From: Chiloscyllium plagiosum
Taxonomy: Eukaryota
Length of the DNA: 64,000 bases
NCBI RefSeq assembly: GCF_004010195.1
Contig: NC_057719.1
Span: 21,536,810 to 21,600,809, forward strand
Direction of reading: 5' to 3'
Positions 25,055-38,690 of this stretch are shown here, in pieces (position 1 is the stretch's first letter; each line of letters starts with the position of its first letter). Position numbers and translations under genes: made by a program. The notes beneath the pieces are model-generated. The model had not been told where the DNA came from, did not search any database, and saw nothing but the letters and a program-made list of their open reading frames with translations.

Positions 25055-26289
25055 CATGTGTACATACAATAAAAGCCAGGGTCTACCAAAAAAAAAGACC
25101 GAGCAGACAATTGACTGCTTTCAGTTTAGTATGTTTTGCCCATCACGTTAATTTCATAACTGATAATTAGATTTTGCCTTTGCTTCTTTTGTGTTTTTTT
25201 GAAGATTTAAAGTCACTTAGTCTAATATATAGTTAACTGTTAAAGCATGATGAAATAATTGAATGCTGACTTTGGTATGTGAGCTCTGGTACTACTTCTT
25301 TTACCTTAACCCAAACTCCACTTTTACAAGTTCTTTTTTACCCTATTTGTTTCAGTGCTGTCACAATGGGATTCCTCCTGGGGACAGTTTTAAAATGCCG
25401 TCCTGGGGTTTCCCTTGATAATCTACTTTTCTCACTGTGTGGACTCTACTGCCCTATTTCTGAATGCTCCCTTCAGGCTGTTCCCGCTGTGTTCAGCTCT
25501 GAATTGTGAAAGCAATTCACAAGACAAATTACCTCACTGATATGTGGGAAAACACGATAGTCAGTTTGCACCAAGACAACATCCCACACACAGCATCAGT
25601 CAATCTGTTTGAGGTGCTCTTCACTGCGGGAGGTAATATTGACCAGGAGGACACACTGCTCTGCTGTGGGTAGTGCCTCAGGGCATTTAATGCACATTAT
25701 GTTGTTTGAATCAAAAGGGAAAAGTAAACATGTAATACTCCTTTGATTTATGTAGGTTATGAGCAAGTTTAAAACACAGATGGGGGATGAAGACTGCATG
25801 CACCTTGAGTTAGGGTCAAAAGTGATCATCATACTGCTGAATATATTTTGTGGGATTTGCTTTGATTGTGATGTTTATTTCCTCTGTTACACATCACACA
25901 GTTACTTCTGCACATTGCTGTTTTGGCAAGCTGTAGAATTCAAATCAGTGGGCTAGAAAGCACAGAAATATTGACCAGCATCATAATTTACTACCAAAGT
26001 CAGACTGTGTGAAATGATAAAGCATAAGCCAAATCACCCAGGGGACACCCAAGGTCAGAACTCCATTACTGGTCAATGATTACTTTTAAATTTGTAGCAT
26101 GTCACGCTTATTTTGACTAAGTCATATCACTTGTGAAAGTCTGCACTGGGTATCTGACTCAGTTAAATTTGGAAACATATTTAATAAATCTGCAAGTTGC
26201 TTTCTAACTGACTACACCATAAAAAAGGAAAACAGGAATACTAGCACTGAAAGTTTATATTTATTGGGATAAATTGAAGAGTCTGTGAC

Positions 26290-26845
26290 ATTTTTCTCTC
26301 CACAAGGCAAGATTTTAGGGTGACTAGATAGAGATCTTTGAGATTATGTAGAGTTTGAAGGGGTAGACACAGGGAAGATACTTCCACTTGTGGGAAAGGT
26401 CAAAGCCAGATGCATAGATATAAAGTAATCATTAACAAATTCATTAGGAATTCAAGAGAAAGCTGTTTATCCAGAGAGTTAAAAATCACACAACACCAGG
26501 TTATAGTCCAACAGGTTTAATTGGAAGCACACTAGCTTTCGGACCGACGCTCCAATTAAACCTGTTGGACTATAACCTGGTGTTGTGTGATTTTTAACTT
26601 TGTACACCCCAGTCCAACACCGGCATCACCAAATCATATCCAGAGAGTGTTTACTTGTGATCTTCATTATCACACGGAATAGTTGAGTAAGGGACATTGA
26701 TACATTTAAGGGGAAGCTGAATACACATAAGAGAGAAAAGAAGAGCAGATTAGTTCTTGAAGACATCTCATCAGAGGCCTAAAAACCAGCATGCAGAGTT
26801 AGACGGAATGAACTGTCTGTGCACTGCACATTCTGTGTGACATTA
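26290..26845 (+). mobile_element. Old CR1 3' fragment interrupted by a PLE hairpin
   Basis: Decayed ORF2 C-terminus and 3' UTR. Confidence 0.65.
26480..26636. mobile_element. PLE hairpin mini-element, family B
   Basis: Palindrome plus one-sided tail; 12-bp TSD TATCCAGAGAGT (26468-26479, 26637-26648). Confidence 0.85.
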
Positions 26846-28113
26846 TAAAGTGAGAACATTTGGGTCTGTTGGAAGAAGGACCACACAAAAACAAAAATAA
26901 TTCTGAATACCTTGACCCAGCTGGATCCTGAATGCACTGGTTATCAACAATTCAGGAGACCAGAGATTTGTCATGGACTGACCCATGCGTTATACAATGC
27001 AGTCAGCAGCAAACACCTTCAAAAAGAAGTTGACCAAAATCTAAAAATAGTCCTGTCAGCAAAGTGTGCTGACTCCATCCCTCTTTTGCCCACAGGAGAA
27101 GGGCAAGCATAGAGTAATTGAGGCAAATTAGAGAATGACTCCATGCTTCCCTGAGGTGACAAGGCCTAGTATAGGTGCTCTGGGGTGGCCTCTGATTAGA
27201 ATTCCAGGCTGGCTTAGAGACAACCTCCATGCCTTCCTGGGTACTGCAGCCACTGGCCGTCCTGTGGAATGTCTCCCCTAAACCTTTCTGCTCCCCTGCT
27301 TCCCACCCCATTCTCCACACCCTAGTCCCCACAAGCACATATAGCAATGGCTTGTCTCCAAAGGTCATTATTTCACTTAAAGTTAATGCTAGAGACAGGG
27401 CATTTCCCATTTCAGCTTATGTTTGAAGCCTCTTCGAGGAGACTTGCACTGTGTTCCCACTTGTCCTCTGGGAATTAACTGACAGCCCCTTGGCAAATCA
27501 CAATACATAACAATTTCCACACAGCACAGGATCTGCTGGCCAGTGTGCTAGTATAAACCAACATTTCCAACTACTGTTGGCGTTCAGAATCCTACAGGAA
27601 AAATCAATGCCATTTACAAATAAGAGCAAATGCTGTGATTTTCCATCTATTCAATTTTATTATACCACCCTTAATGTCAAACATAAATGAAAAGTGCACG
27701 GTGAGTGCCAAAAATGGCAGCTTTTGCCTAGATTTTCAAATGTCAAAAGCAAACCAGGTCCCAATGGGTTAACTGAAAGAAGAGGAGGACAAAAATAGTT
27801 AAACAATTCCAAACTCTGAGTCCTCCTTTCATGTACTCGGAAAAAATGTGCCAGTGTACCTGCTACATTTTAACTTGACGTGCTCAAGAGTACGTAAAAG
27901 ACCCTGTCCAATAGAGCAGAAAGTCAGCCAAAATTATATGCTTATAAAACATTCAGCCTCTATTCTAAACCCAGGAGAATAAATTGAAGTTTTATTTTAC
28001 TGACATGAAAAGGCTAAACAGACAGTGGCAATAAAAACTGTATTATTGGCAGCATGTTAAAAACAGAAAGGCACTTTGAACATGTACTGTACAATGCATG
28101 AGCCCAAAAACGA

Positions 28114-28247
28114 TGTTAAAAATCACTCAACACCAGGTTACAGTCCGACAGGTTTATTTGGAAGTTCCAAATAAACCTGTTGGATTATAGCCTGGTGTGT
28201 TGTGAGTTTTAACTTTGGACACCCCAGTCCAACACCAGCATCTCCAT
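28114..28247. mobile_element. PLE hairpin mini-element, family B
   Basis: Palindrome with apex ~28164; decayed TSD CCCAAAAACGA/CCCATAAATGA. Confidence 0.8.
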
Positions 28248-28342
28248 CCCATAAATGAAGCTAGTCTTGATAATACAGCAAATGTGTAATGTTCAGTAGT
28301 TTAAAAAGGCAATTGCGAAAGAGCAGAAGTGTGTGAGATTGT

Positions 28343-28760
28343 AGCAGTAGCTCAGTTGATAGCACCCTTCTGAATTGGAAGGCTATGGCCTCAAAACCCA
28401 TTCACAGTCAAGTGTTGATTCTTATGATTAAGGCTTATGATTCAAGTGCTGTAATGTTGGAGGCACTGTCTTTCTGATGACATGTTAAAGTGAGACTGTG
28501 TTTGTTTTCTAAGATGGACATGCAAAATTCCCATGGTACCATTTCAAAGCCATCTTCAATATCCTGGCCAATATTTCTCCCACAATGTCACACAAACAAA
28601 TTATCTGATAATTAGTACTTTGCTATTTGTGAGCAGCACAAATTAGCTGCTGCTCTTCCCAAACTATAACCGTGACTACTTTGCAGTAATAGCTTCTTGG
28701 TTTTAAAGTGCTTTGGGGCATCCTGAGATAATCAAATTTTGTACGTAAGTGAGGGCTTTT
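28343..28760 (+). mobile_element. Deu-domain SINE, old
   Basis: TAGCTCAGTTGATAG A-box; TCCTGGCCAATATTT, CAAATTAGCTGC and AAAGTGCTTTGGGGCATCCTGAG motifs. Confidence 0.75.
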
Positions 28761-29399
28761 AAACAATGTTCATTAACAGATTGGACATGGTGGTAAGGCC
28801 ATGGATTTGCAGGCTCTGTGCTGTGAAGATTCCAAACTTCTGGCTGTGTACTAGCACATAACTATTGAGGTCACAGTTCCATCAAAAATTAAAGGCTTGT
28901 CGACATATTTAATAAACTCTAATATTACAGTGAAACAAAATGCTTTTCACCACATATTTATTCTCTGCAACAATGCAGACATTGTTGAATTCACTCAAAG
29001 ATACATCATGAAAGTGGAAGCCATGTGCCTCATCCCTCTGATGAATCTCACAATCTCCCTTATCTGAGGACCCAACTTTCTTGAATGTGATTCCAGATCT
29101 TTTACCTCAAGAATCACAAGTAGGAGACAATTCACATGACAATCTAGCTGCATGAAACTTTTAAACAAGTGTTTCCTAGTATGATTTTCAAAATTCCCCC
29201 TTACCGATTTATACCAATTGTTCTGCAGTTATATTTAAAGGAGTACTGGAAAGGAATAACATTTCTTATTCCACTTAACATCTTATTCTCTCAGCTGAAG
29301 CTCCATTAGTAGAATTGTTGTGCATCCAACTGAATGCAGGCTAGTGAGCCGGGGTAGCAGGACCACTGCATTGCCAGAAGCGGGGTTTTAGAATAGGAT

Positions 29400-29835
29400 T
29401 TTTATTCGGAATTAAAGTAAGGCCCTGTCTACCCTCTCAGGTGAGTATAAAGGACCCCATGTCACTCACTTGAAGAAGAACAGAAAAGCTATACAGAGTG
29501 CATGCCGTGATCAGCACTTAATTATTTTCTCTAATCAACCTTCAGAGATGTTCTTACACACTTCTAGAATAAGTGAGACTTGAGCCAAGCCTCCCATCTC
29601 CAAGACAGGGACAGTAACACTGCACCACAAGAACCTCTCTGACTAGCATTTACCCGCCAGTCAATATTATTTTAAAAATATCTGGGTCATTTTCAACCTT
29701 CAGTTTTTATTATACGTAATTTGGCTGCCACATTTCTAACTTTATATCTGTGACAACAAATCAAAAGTACTTGCTTGGTTTTTTGAGTACTTTGGGCCAA
29801 GTTGAAATTGATTTATGAAGGCAAGTCTTTGTTTC
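29400..29835 (+). mobile_element. Deu-domain SINE, old, with an internal insertion
   Basis: GGCCCTGTCTACCCTCTCAGGTG..TTGAAGAAGA..TTGGCTGCCACATTTC..CAAAAGTACTT. Confidence 0.6.
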
Positions 29836-29913
29836 TTCTTGGACAGAATTATTTATTGACTTATAGTTTTGAAGATGTTTGCATCTGTAGCCAGCTGTGT
29901 TCATTCCATTTAG

Positions 29914-30139
29914 GAGCAAATTCCTGCAGATGCTGGAATCTGTACAGAAAATAAAAATGCTGGAAATCACAGCGGGTCAGGCAGCATCTGTGGAGAGAGA
30001 GTAAGCTAACGTTTTGAGTCTGGATGACTCTTCGTCAGAGTTCTGATGAAGAATCATCTAGATTCAAAACGTTAGCTTGCTCTCTCTCCCCCAGATGCTG
30101 CCTGACCCGCTGTGATTTCCAGCATTGTATGTTTTCAGT
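29914..30139. mobile_element. PLE hairpin mini-element, family D, with two decayed back-to-back hammerheads
   Basis: Palindrome with apex ~30040; GTTCTGATGAAGAATCATCTAGATTCAAAACGTTAGC (30040-30076) and its antisense twin. Confidence 0.8.
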
Positions 30140-31039
30140 CATGTTTATTCTTCCACTGTCTTCTTTGAAAATTGTTATCAGCTTAGCCAGCTTCCAATCC
30201 AACAGAATTTGATGGTGTGATGATTCAACATCCATAGATCAATGGAGTAAAATGTAATCTGGAAAGCTTTAGTTTCACATTATCATTCAGATGGGCATAC
30301 AAGGAAATGACATAAGCAATCATATTTCTGTCAATTTCTTCTGGGGGAGATTTTGCGTCTTGTGCCACAGTGAGTATATTATTATATCTCTAAGAGACAT
30401 ATTATGTCAGTATAACTGTAAGAGACATGCTCATGATATCATGGAATGAGACCTGAGTGTATATAGATCATATGTGTCATCTTAACCAGGATCACTTGAA
30501 GTATGACATTTGAAATAGAATAGCTTAATGTTAGCCTATGCACGGCTGTGCCTATGAATGTAATATTGTGCATTGATCAATTGTAATAAACATCTCTTGA
30601 TCTTTCAATATCACGTTACCCAAGTCTATTTTCCTAATCTTACAAGGGATAACATAAGCATTGCCACATCAGGTAAAGATACCCTGTGGGAGGCAAAACA
30701 CACATTACAAAGAGAAAAATACTGAGTGTTATGTAGCTTTTATGTGGGCATGTTTATGTTTCCTGCAGATATCTTTGGAAGGGAAATGCTGGAATATATC
30801 ATGTGATTTAGACTTTGTCTCATTTTGTTCTGAATAAGCTACCAAATCGAATACATGTACAACTTTTCCAACAGTGTAACCCTGCCACCAATTTCTTAGA
30901 TTCTTACAAAATGAATTTATATGCCTTTGTGTTAATAATCGATTATGCATAGTTGGTTCAACGATGTTTATCTATTAAATAAGCACCGGGAGAAGAAAAA
31001 CGCAACAATGAAGACCATTGGTTTCCTTGCCAAAGACAT

Positions 31040-31140
31040 GCGGGGAAATGGAACCTGCAACAGCCAATCCTGTCCCTGTTCTAGCCATGTCTCCGTAATA
31101 GCCACAACATCGAAGTCCCATCGAATAAGTTGTGTAAACT
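31040..31140 (-). mobile_element. CR1 APE endonuclease fragment
   Basis: WDFDVVAITETWLEQGQDWLLQVP. Confidence 0.8.
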
Positions 31141-33374
31141 TTCGAGGCATACTATCTTGTAGTCCATATTTTGTGAACTATTTTCACATAAAGGAAAATT
31201 TTTTGCACAATAAAACTGAGCATTTTGGAAATACTCGACAATTCAGACAGCATCTGTGGGGAGGGCAGGGTTAACTTTTCAGGTGATTGACTTCCTGTTA
31301 GAATTGGACAAACACTTTCTGATCTTGCTCTGATTTCTCAGTTTTACAGTGTTTGCATTTGTAACTTTTCCTTACAACATTTCTTTACGGGATTAAGTTC
31401 TATATCCACAATTGCAAACTTAGAATATATAATCAATTTATTGAAGGCAGTGCCCACCTTGTAGGCCAGGACAAACATGGGTTGGACCATCTGTTCAAAG
31501 TAAGAATACCCAAGGGGGAGTTTTCTGCTAAAATTCACTCGGTGTGAGAACAGCATACCAGAATTTTACTTTCAAAGCCAATAGTTTCTTTGTTGTTGTT
31601 GAACCTAGTCAAACTAGATTTATACCGCAGGAATTTGCAAGGTTTCATTGCAAACTGGAGATTTATTAATGGAACAAATCTGCTTGTTTTCCACTTCCTC
31701 ACCATGCTGAGAAATACAGCAAGAGGAACACACAGACATGCTCTGATTTTGTCAGGACAGTTTGGACATTAGATATACCTAATTGTAAGATACTAAACTC
31801 TGAAAACTTTATCACTTCAACTTTAACTACATTTTATGAGTATGAGGGGTTGTTCCAGAGAAAGGGAGATTCACACAGATTGAGCACTGCAAGAGTTGGT
31901 ATTAACTCGATTCATATTGACAATAAACAAGAACCAATTACGTCCTCTTCCTTTGAACTTTTAGTAGCTCTTCTTTTAAGCATTTCTAATGATTCCACGC
32001 ATGATTATATAAATTATTGGTTGTCACACTGTCAAAGATGCTTTGTTACTTCTGTAAGATTTTATCTTGGAATTGTCAAAGATAGATTGTCACTGTAGAA
32101 ATTAAGTTGGACTTGCACAGCTGACCCTAATTTGTTGAGGCAAGTCAGGTCTTTTTTACATGAAGAGATTTCTGACTCACAAGTTAAACATTTCAAATGC
32201 CAAAGTGGGGTATTTTGACTGGGTGCAGTCATGTTAAAAAAGTTCTTTTTTTTTATTATTTCCTCAGACTTCACTGGGAGATATGAAACATAGGCTGCCA
32301 ACTTGCCAGCTTTCCTTCTAAACTCTTTCACAAATTAAAGAATCGCTCGTGTCTTTACAATGTTGCAGAAGTTGAAACTATTTGATAAGTTACCAATGGC
32401 AGCAAAGGAAATATCGTAACTTGAACATATACTTCTTTTGAAGGTTTACACACCAGAACTAAATAAGATTGGCACCAATTTACTGTGAGGCCTCATTCCA
32501 CTTGCTTGTTTTCCTTCACTAACTCGTTCTGTTTTTCTTTCTGATTTTTCACATACTGGTAGCTGCTTGTTCCTTTCTCTGTTATTAATAGATCCCTTGT
32601 CAACTGACTTCCATATAGATTCGCATGTAGTCACCTTGGTTGTAAGGCAGGCACTGCTAGACAATACAAGCTTGAAGTCCCTGGACCGGTATTGTCTGTG
32701 TGGAGTTAACACATGTCTCCCATGAAAGAGATGGCAGTAAACTGGGATTTCTCTGTGGAAATTCAGGACCAACTACTTTACGGCAGAACTGAAAATATTT
32801 TGACTATGGGAAATAAAAATGACTAGGAACCAGTAGATCAACAGTAATACTTTACTACTGAGGTAACTTTCCAATTCAATTATTTGCTTTAAGCATAAGT
32901 TAACGTGGAACTGTTACAGGCACAGTGATTCACAGACAGACAGACAGGAGCAGCTTAGTCGTGAATACTTTCAGGCCTCACTAATGAACACCATGTTATG
33001 AAGAATGAAGTTCATCCAAGGTTCACAGGCTTCAAGGATCAAGCGAGTAGCCACATTCAAAAATTGGGGTGGATTGAATAAAAAAGTTTTGCTTGGTTCA
33101 TTATTCATTTTCAAATTAACCCATTTGACAAAATGATATAGCCCATAAATTGTTTCAATTTGTAAACAATAGGTAGCTATATTATAGGTACAAGTATTCT
33201 GGAGTGCATTTTCATAACGGGATTGAATTTTATATTCCATGTTTCCACATAGATTAAGCTTTTGTTTCCACAAACACTAAATTTTAACACTTACTAAACC
33301 GTGGACAAGCATACACATCTGAATTAAATGAAATGTAGCCGTTTGAGAGGTTAGCCACATTGTCTAATTTTTTG

Positions 33375-34340
33375 GAATATACATAAATGATCTGGAAGAG
33401 GGCATTATTGGTTTAATCAGTAAGTTTGCAGATGACACGAAGATTGGTGGAGTAGCAAAAAGCATAGGAAACTGTCAAAGAATACAGCAGAATATAGATA
33501 GGCTGGAGAGTTGGTGGGAGAAGTGGCAGATGGAGTTCAATCCAGGCAAATGTGAGGTGGTGCATTTTGGGAAGTCTAATTCTAGAGCAAGCTATACTGT
33601 AAACTGACGAGCCTTGGGAAAAGTTGATGAGCAGAGAGATCTGGGAGTTCAGGCCCACTGTTCCCTGAAGGTGGCTGCACAGGTCGATAGAGTGGTCAAG
33701 AAGGCATATGGTATGCTTGCCTTCATCTGATGGAGTATTGAGTATAAGAGCTGGCAGGTCATGTTAAATTTGGACAAGACTTTTGGTTTGGCTGCATTTA
33801 GAAAACTGTGTACAGTTCTGGTTGCCACATTACCAAAAGGATGTGGACACTTTGGAGAGGGTGCAAAGAAGGTTTATGAGGATGTTGCTTGGTATGGAAG
33901 GTGCTAGCTATGAAGAGAGGTTGAGTAGGTTAATATTGTTTTCATAGAAAAAAGGAGATTGAGGAGAGACCTGATTGAGGTCTACAAAATCATGAAGGGT
34001 ACAGACAGGGTAGACAGAGATAAGCTTTTTCCCAGGGTGAGGGATTCAATAACGAGAGGTCACAGGTTCAAAGTGAGAGATGAAAAGTTTAAGGGGGATA
34101 TACAAAACAAGTACTTCACACAGAAGTGCCTGGAATGCGTTGCCAACAGAGGTAGTAGAGGCAGACATGGTGGATTCACTTAAGGTGCATCTCGACAGAT
34201 GCATGAGTAGGTGGGGAGCAGAGGAATACAGATGCTTAGGAATTGGGTGATAGGTTTAGACGTTGGATTTGGATCGGTTCAGGCTTGGAGGGCCGAAGGG
34301 TCTGTTTCTGGGCTGTAAATTTTCTTTGTTCTTTGTTCTT
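33375..34340 (+). mobile_element. CR1-like LINE RT and 3' end
   Basis: SKFADDTKIGG, MEFNPGKCEVVHFG, DLIEVYKIMKG; TTGTTCT tail. Confidence 0.92.
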
Positions 34341-35452
34341 CTTGTTATTTTTGCTTTGTGAGACTTGGAGCTGCTGTCAAGTCTTTATGCACAGTAGCTG
34401 CCTCCTCACCAATGGTAGGGTGTAATGGCAAGAATTTTCTTCATTTAATATCTTTGGGGAAGATGTCATTTACAATATCCTAATTACCCAATGTCCTTTA
34501 TGGGTCTTGCTTGATTCCACTCAATGGTCAAAATTTAATTCAGTCCACAATGGAACCCCAACACAGCCATTCTGCTTACTTCCTGTCCTGCTTTCCTGTT
34601 GACCAATTTCCTGCCAGGCATTTACCTGGTTGGCTTAGTGATCTTCCTCAATTTCAACACTGATATCAAGCACAGGCTGATAGCTCTCTAATACTGGCAG
34701 CACCAATGGGCATGATGGCTGCTGAAGCTATTGCAGAAGGCTAAGGCAACAACATTATTGTAGGAATAGAAAGGACATGAGGAGACTAGAACCTTCCTGC
34801 TCCCAACCCCACCATCATTACGCAGCAGTCTTCCTACATGATATGACTCTTGCCTAATACTGATTTAATACAGCAATATTTGGATGTGCCCTATAAGTGT
34901 GTGTTAAATGATCACTAAAGGGTTCCATTGAATTCTGGATTGGAAGACTGTATTTGAGACTTCCTGCAGTGGATTTAATTGAGACTGGGGAGGGGAATCA
35001 AGAGATGATATCTTCAGAAATTCCTTCCCACTCAAATAAATAAGCTTCCCAACCATTGGGTCAAAAGTAAAATGAAGTACCATCCAATGCATGTGAAATA
35101 AGGTCACAACACAATCCCAGTTATTGTAACAAAGCAGGGCACGCCATCCTACGAGCAGTTAGTTTCAAGATCAAGGATCAAGCCTAAAAAATAAAAGTAT
35201 ATTTAACATTTAAATAGCTCTTTTCAAAACGGTATTGCGTAAAGTAATCGCTCTGAAAGCATTGAAGACTGCATTATTCCCCACCCAATCTGATGAAGTC
35301 ATAGAGTTTTGAATTGGGGAAATGAGAACAGCTCCAGAATATAAAGAGCACAGTGTTATCTTTATCTCCCAATGGTGTCTTTATAACAATTTCTAAGAAG
35401 TCCAAGTAATTTGAACCTAATTGTTATCATTTAATAAAAGTTATTTTGTTAA

Positions 35453-35718
35453 GGCACGGTGGCACAGTGGTTAGCACAGCTGCCTCACAGCGCCAGAGAC
35501 CCGCCTAAGGCTGTGGAGTTTGCCTATTCTCCCTGTGTCTGTGTGGGTTTCCTCCCACAGTCCAAAAATATTCAGGTTAGGTGAATTGGCCATGCTAAAT
35601 TGCCCATTGTGTTAGGAGCAGGAGTAAATGTAGGGGAACGGGTCTGGTGGGTGCGCTTTGGCGGGTTGGTGTGGACTTGTTGGGCCGAAGGGCCTGTTTC
35701 CACACAGTAAGTAATCTA
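35453..35718 (+). mobile_element. HE1-like V-SINE with internal deletions
   Basis: Head, V-domain and tail. Confidence 0.88.
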
Positions 35719-38029
35719 AAAAAAAGATAATTTTCTTGTTAAGACTGACTCGTGGTGAATCCTTCACCCTTGTAAACCAAATATGTGTAAAAAAGTTCAC
35801 TGTTGCAGGATGAATAGCTATCAATTTTCCCAAAGCAAGGTACCATGAACAGGAATGAGATAATCACCTGACAATGTTGTTTTACCAAAACATCAGAGGA
35901 GGAACCTCCATGCACTTCTTCAAATTAGCATGAGGTATTTTTACATCCATTTGAGAAAACACAGCATTCCCATGGCATTCACAGAGTTGTTAGATGAGAT
36001 ACTACACTCAAGATACTAGAGTGGGACGTAGACTGCTATACTTCTCATTTCCAAGGCAAAGAAGTGTTACCTAGCCAGCAATAGAAAACAAAACACTGAA
36101 TTACACTGATAAAGTACCTGTTGAGCTTTCTATTCTAACTCCTTTAGGTTTGGAAAAAAGGTGATCTGACATAAATTTGACGTGGAAGTGCCAGTGTTGG
36201 ACTGGGGTGGACAAAGTTAAAAATCACACAATATACGATCTACAATAGATCTGAGCAGTCCAAAATCTTTGAGCATCACTTTAACTCTAATCCAATTCTT
36301 AGCTGGGTCATCAGTGAATGTCTGAAATATATAAGGAACTTTATGGGCATCCAGTCCACAAAGAGGTCAGAAAAGTTGGCAACATATTGTTCCACTTGTT
36401 CAGGTTTGTTATCAACGAGAACTTTCTTGGTGTTAACACATTGGAAAATAAACACAGGTCCAATGTGACAATTAAAATTCGTGCAACTATCAAAACAACG
36501 AAGAGAGACTCCAGCATATGTCCACTGAGCCCAGTCCTAATATCACTTCACACCTACACACTTGGAATTTTCAGCCAAATTCAGACTTACATGGTTGTTC
36601 TGTGAAAGAAAGTGCTTATACGAATTGCAGAGCTAACATCGATACCTTAGTTGATATCACATAACAACTAAGTGCAGGGATTTCACTTACTAAGCCGTTG
36701 CAAAAGCTCTGATTCTATCACCAAAGACACAGAAAGAATCTATTCAGTGCAGAAAGATCCATCCTGGATTTGTGAATAAATAAAGCATAAACAGTCCGAG
36801 AGGGGCAACCTCTGCTCTGTTTAGTTATAAAGAAAGTATACTAGTAATGTATTTAATTATGTACTTAGCTGCACATTTCACAAATTGAAGCCACAGTAAA
36901 TCAAATGCCTTCAGTAAAACATGACTCCCCACCTGAAAGCTGAAGAAAAGTACAAATTGTACCTAAAAAGACTCAAAAATGTACTTGTGTCTTCTCCCTC
37001 AGTGAGATTAGTGGAATTTCTGCATGAGATGTAGAAAAGTGAGGCCTAAAAGGCTGTCGGTGCCAGCATCTCTAGTTATCTGTCCCTCTGTGAGTGCTTG
37101 ATTTGCTGGGTTATAAAATATTTAGATCATTTGGGCCTGCTGCCTTACTGCAGTATGCATGAAGATAACAGAATTTCATTTGAATGAATTTCAACATTGC
37201 AGCCTGTTTTTTTATCATGAGCAATTCAGTCAGTGAAAAGAAGATAAGAAATCGGAGCAGGATTCAACCTTATAGCCCCTCGAGCGTACTCACTCCACCA
37301 ATCAATAAACACTGCTCACTTTCCACCTCAACTCCACTTTCTTTTCTTCCTCCACATTCTGTGATTCCCTTAGCACTCTGGAAGGAGAATACCTGTCTCT
37401 CTCTGGGCAAATTTGGAGGAAAAATACAATATCTCATTTTAAAGACAAACAGAAAAATGTTGCCCCTCATGTCCTTGGATAGAAGTATTGTTTAGTTTCT
37501 ACATATTTTATGTTCTTGGGAGGTGAGGGCATGAGTGACAGTTTTGATGCTGTAAGTGGATGCGTTTGTTGTTTATAATAGATTGACTGCATGGGATTTA
37601 AATTACTTGAAGGCGGCTGTTGAATAATAATTTTCTTTAGTAACACATGCCTAGTTCAAACTCTGTTAGTTTTCTTTATGATTTCTACCTGGCTCATGAG
37701 ATTCACACACAATGAATGTTGGTTGAGTAGCGATTGAGGGACCATGGAAGGAATGGGGTGGGGGAAGTGAGAGGGAAAGGGTGGAGGCCTAATAGGCTTT
37801 TATCCAATCCAGTCAAATCTCTGAGGTACTAAGGAGAGCCTTCTAAGCAACTCACTGAGGCACTGCCTGCTTTAATGGCTGCCTCTGGGGGGAAGGAATT
37901 CTATTTCAATTCCTCGTTCCTGCCTCGAAATGTTTGTATGAAGACAATGGGGGCCCTTTTAAAGAAAAGGAGTCTCCTGAGTCAGGAAATGTACCATGTT
38001 TTGTTGAACAGAAAGAGAGAAACAGATTT

Positions 38030-38690
38030 GCGTCACAGATGGGCAGGGTGGTTAAGAAGGCGTTTAGCATACTTGCCTTCATTGCTCAGTCCCTTGAGTG
38101 CAGGAGTTAGGAAGTCATGTTGAGGTTGTTCAGGACATCGGTGAAGCCTCTTCTTAAGTATTGTGTGCAGTTCTGGTCACCCTTTTATTGGAATGATATT
38201 TTTAAGCCAGAGAGGGTCCAGAAGAGATTTACCAGGATATTGCCGGGAATGGAGGGTTTGAGTTGTAGGGAGAGGCTGGCCAGGCTGGGACTTGCATCAC
38301 TGGTGAGTAGGAGATTGAGAGGTGACCTTATAGAGCTTTAAAAAAAATCACAAAGGGTATAGAAAAGGTGAATGGCAGGTGTCTTTTCCTTAGGGTGGGG
38401 GACTTCAAAACTAGGAGGCATATTTTAAGGTGAGAGGAGAAAGATTTAAAAATGACTTGAGGGGTAACATTTTTACACAGACAATGGTTCGTGTGTGGAA
38501 TGTATTTCCAGAGGAAAGGGTGGTTTTGTGTACAATTACAGCATTTAAAAAATATTTAGATAAGCACATAAATAAGACATATGGGCCAAGTAAGTGGGAC
38601 TGGTTTACTTTGGGATTATGGTCGACATGGACTTCTTGGACTGAAGGGTCTGTTCAGGTGCTGCATGAATCTACGATTCTATGACACTAC
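38030..38690 (+). mobile_element. CR1-like LINE 3' fragment
   Basis: LKYCVQFWSPFY, RLRGDLIEL, FTQTMVRVWN. Confidence 0.9.

Noticed and set aside
26480..26600. Hairpins as miRNA precursors or DNA-transposon MITEs
   Set aside because: Long variable TSDs, a one-sided tail and homology to PLE ends indicate retrotransposed pLTR inversions
30380..30660. Possible solo LTR (TATA, AATAAA, ACATAAGCA end)
   Set aside because: No clear termini or TSD could be defined
31340..33300. Series of minus-strand 70-108 aa ORFs
   Set aside because: Cannot be joined or assigned to any family by eye
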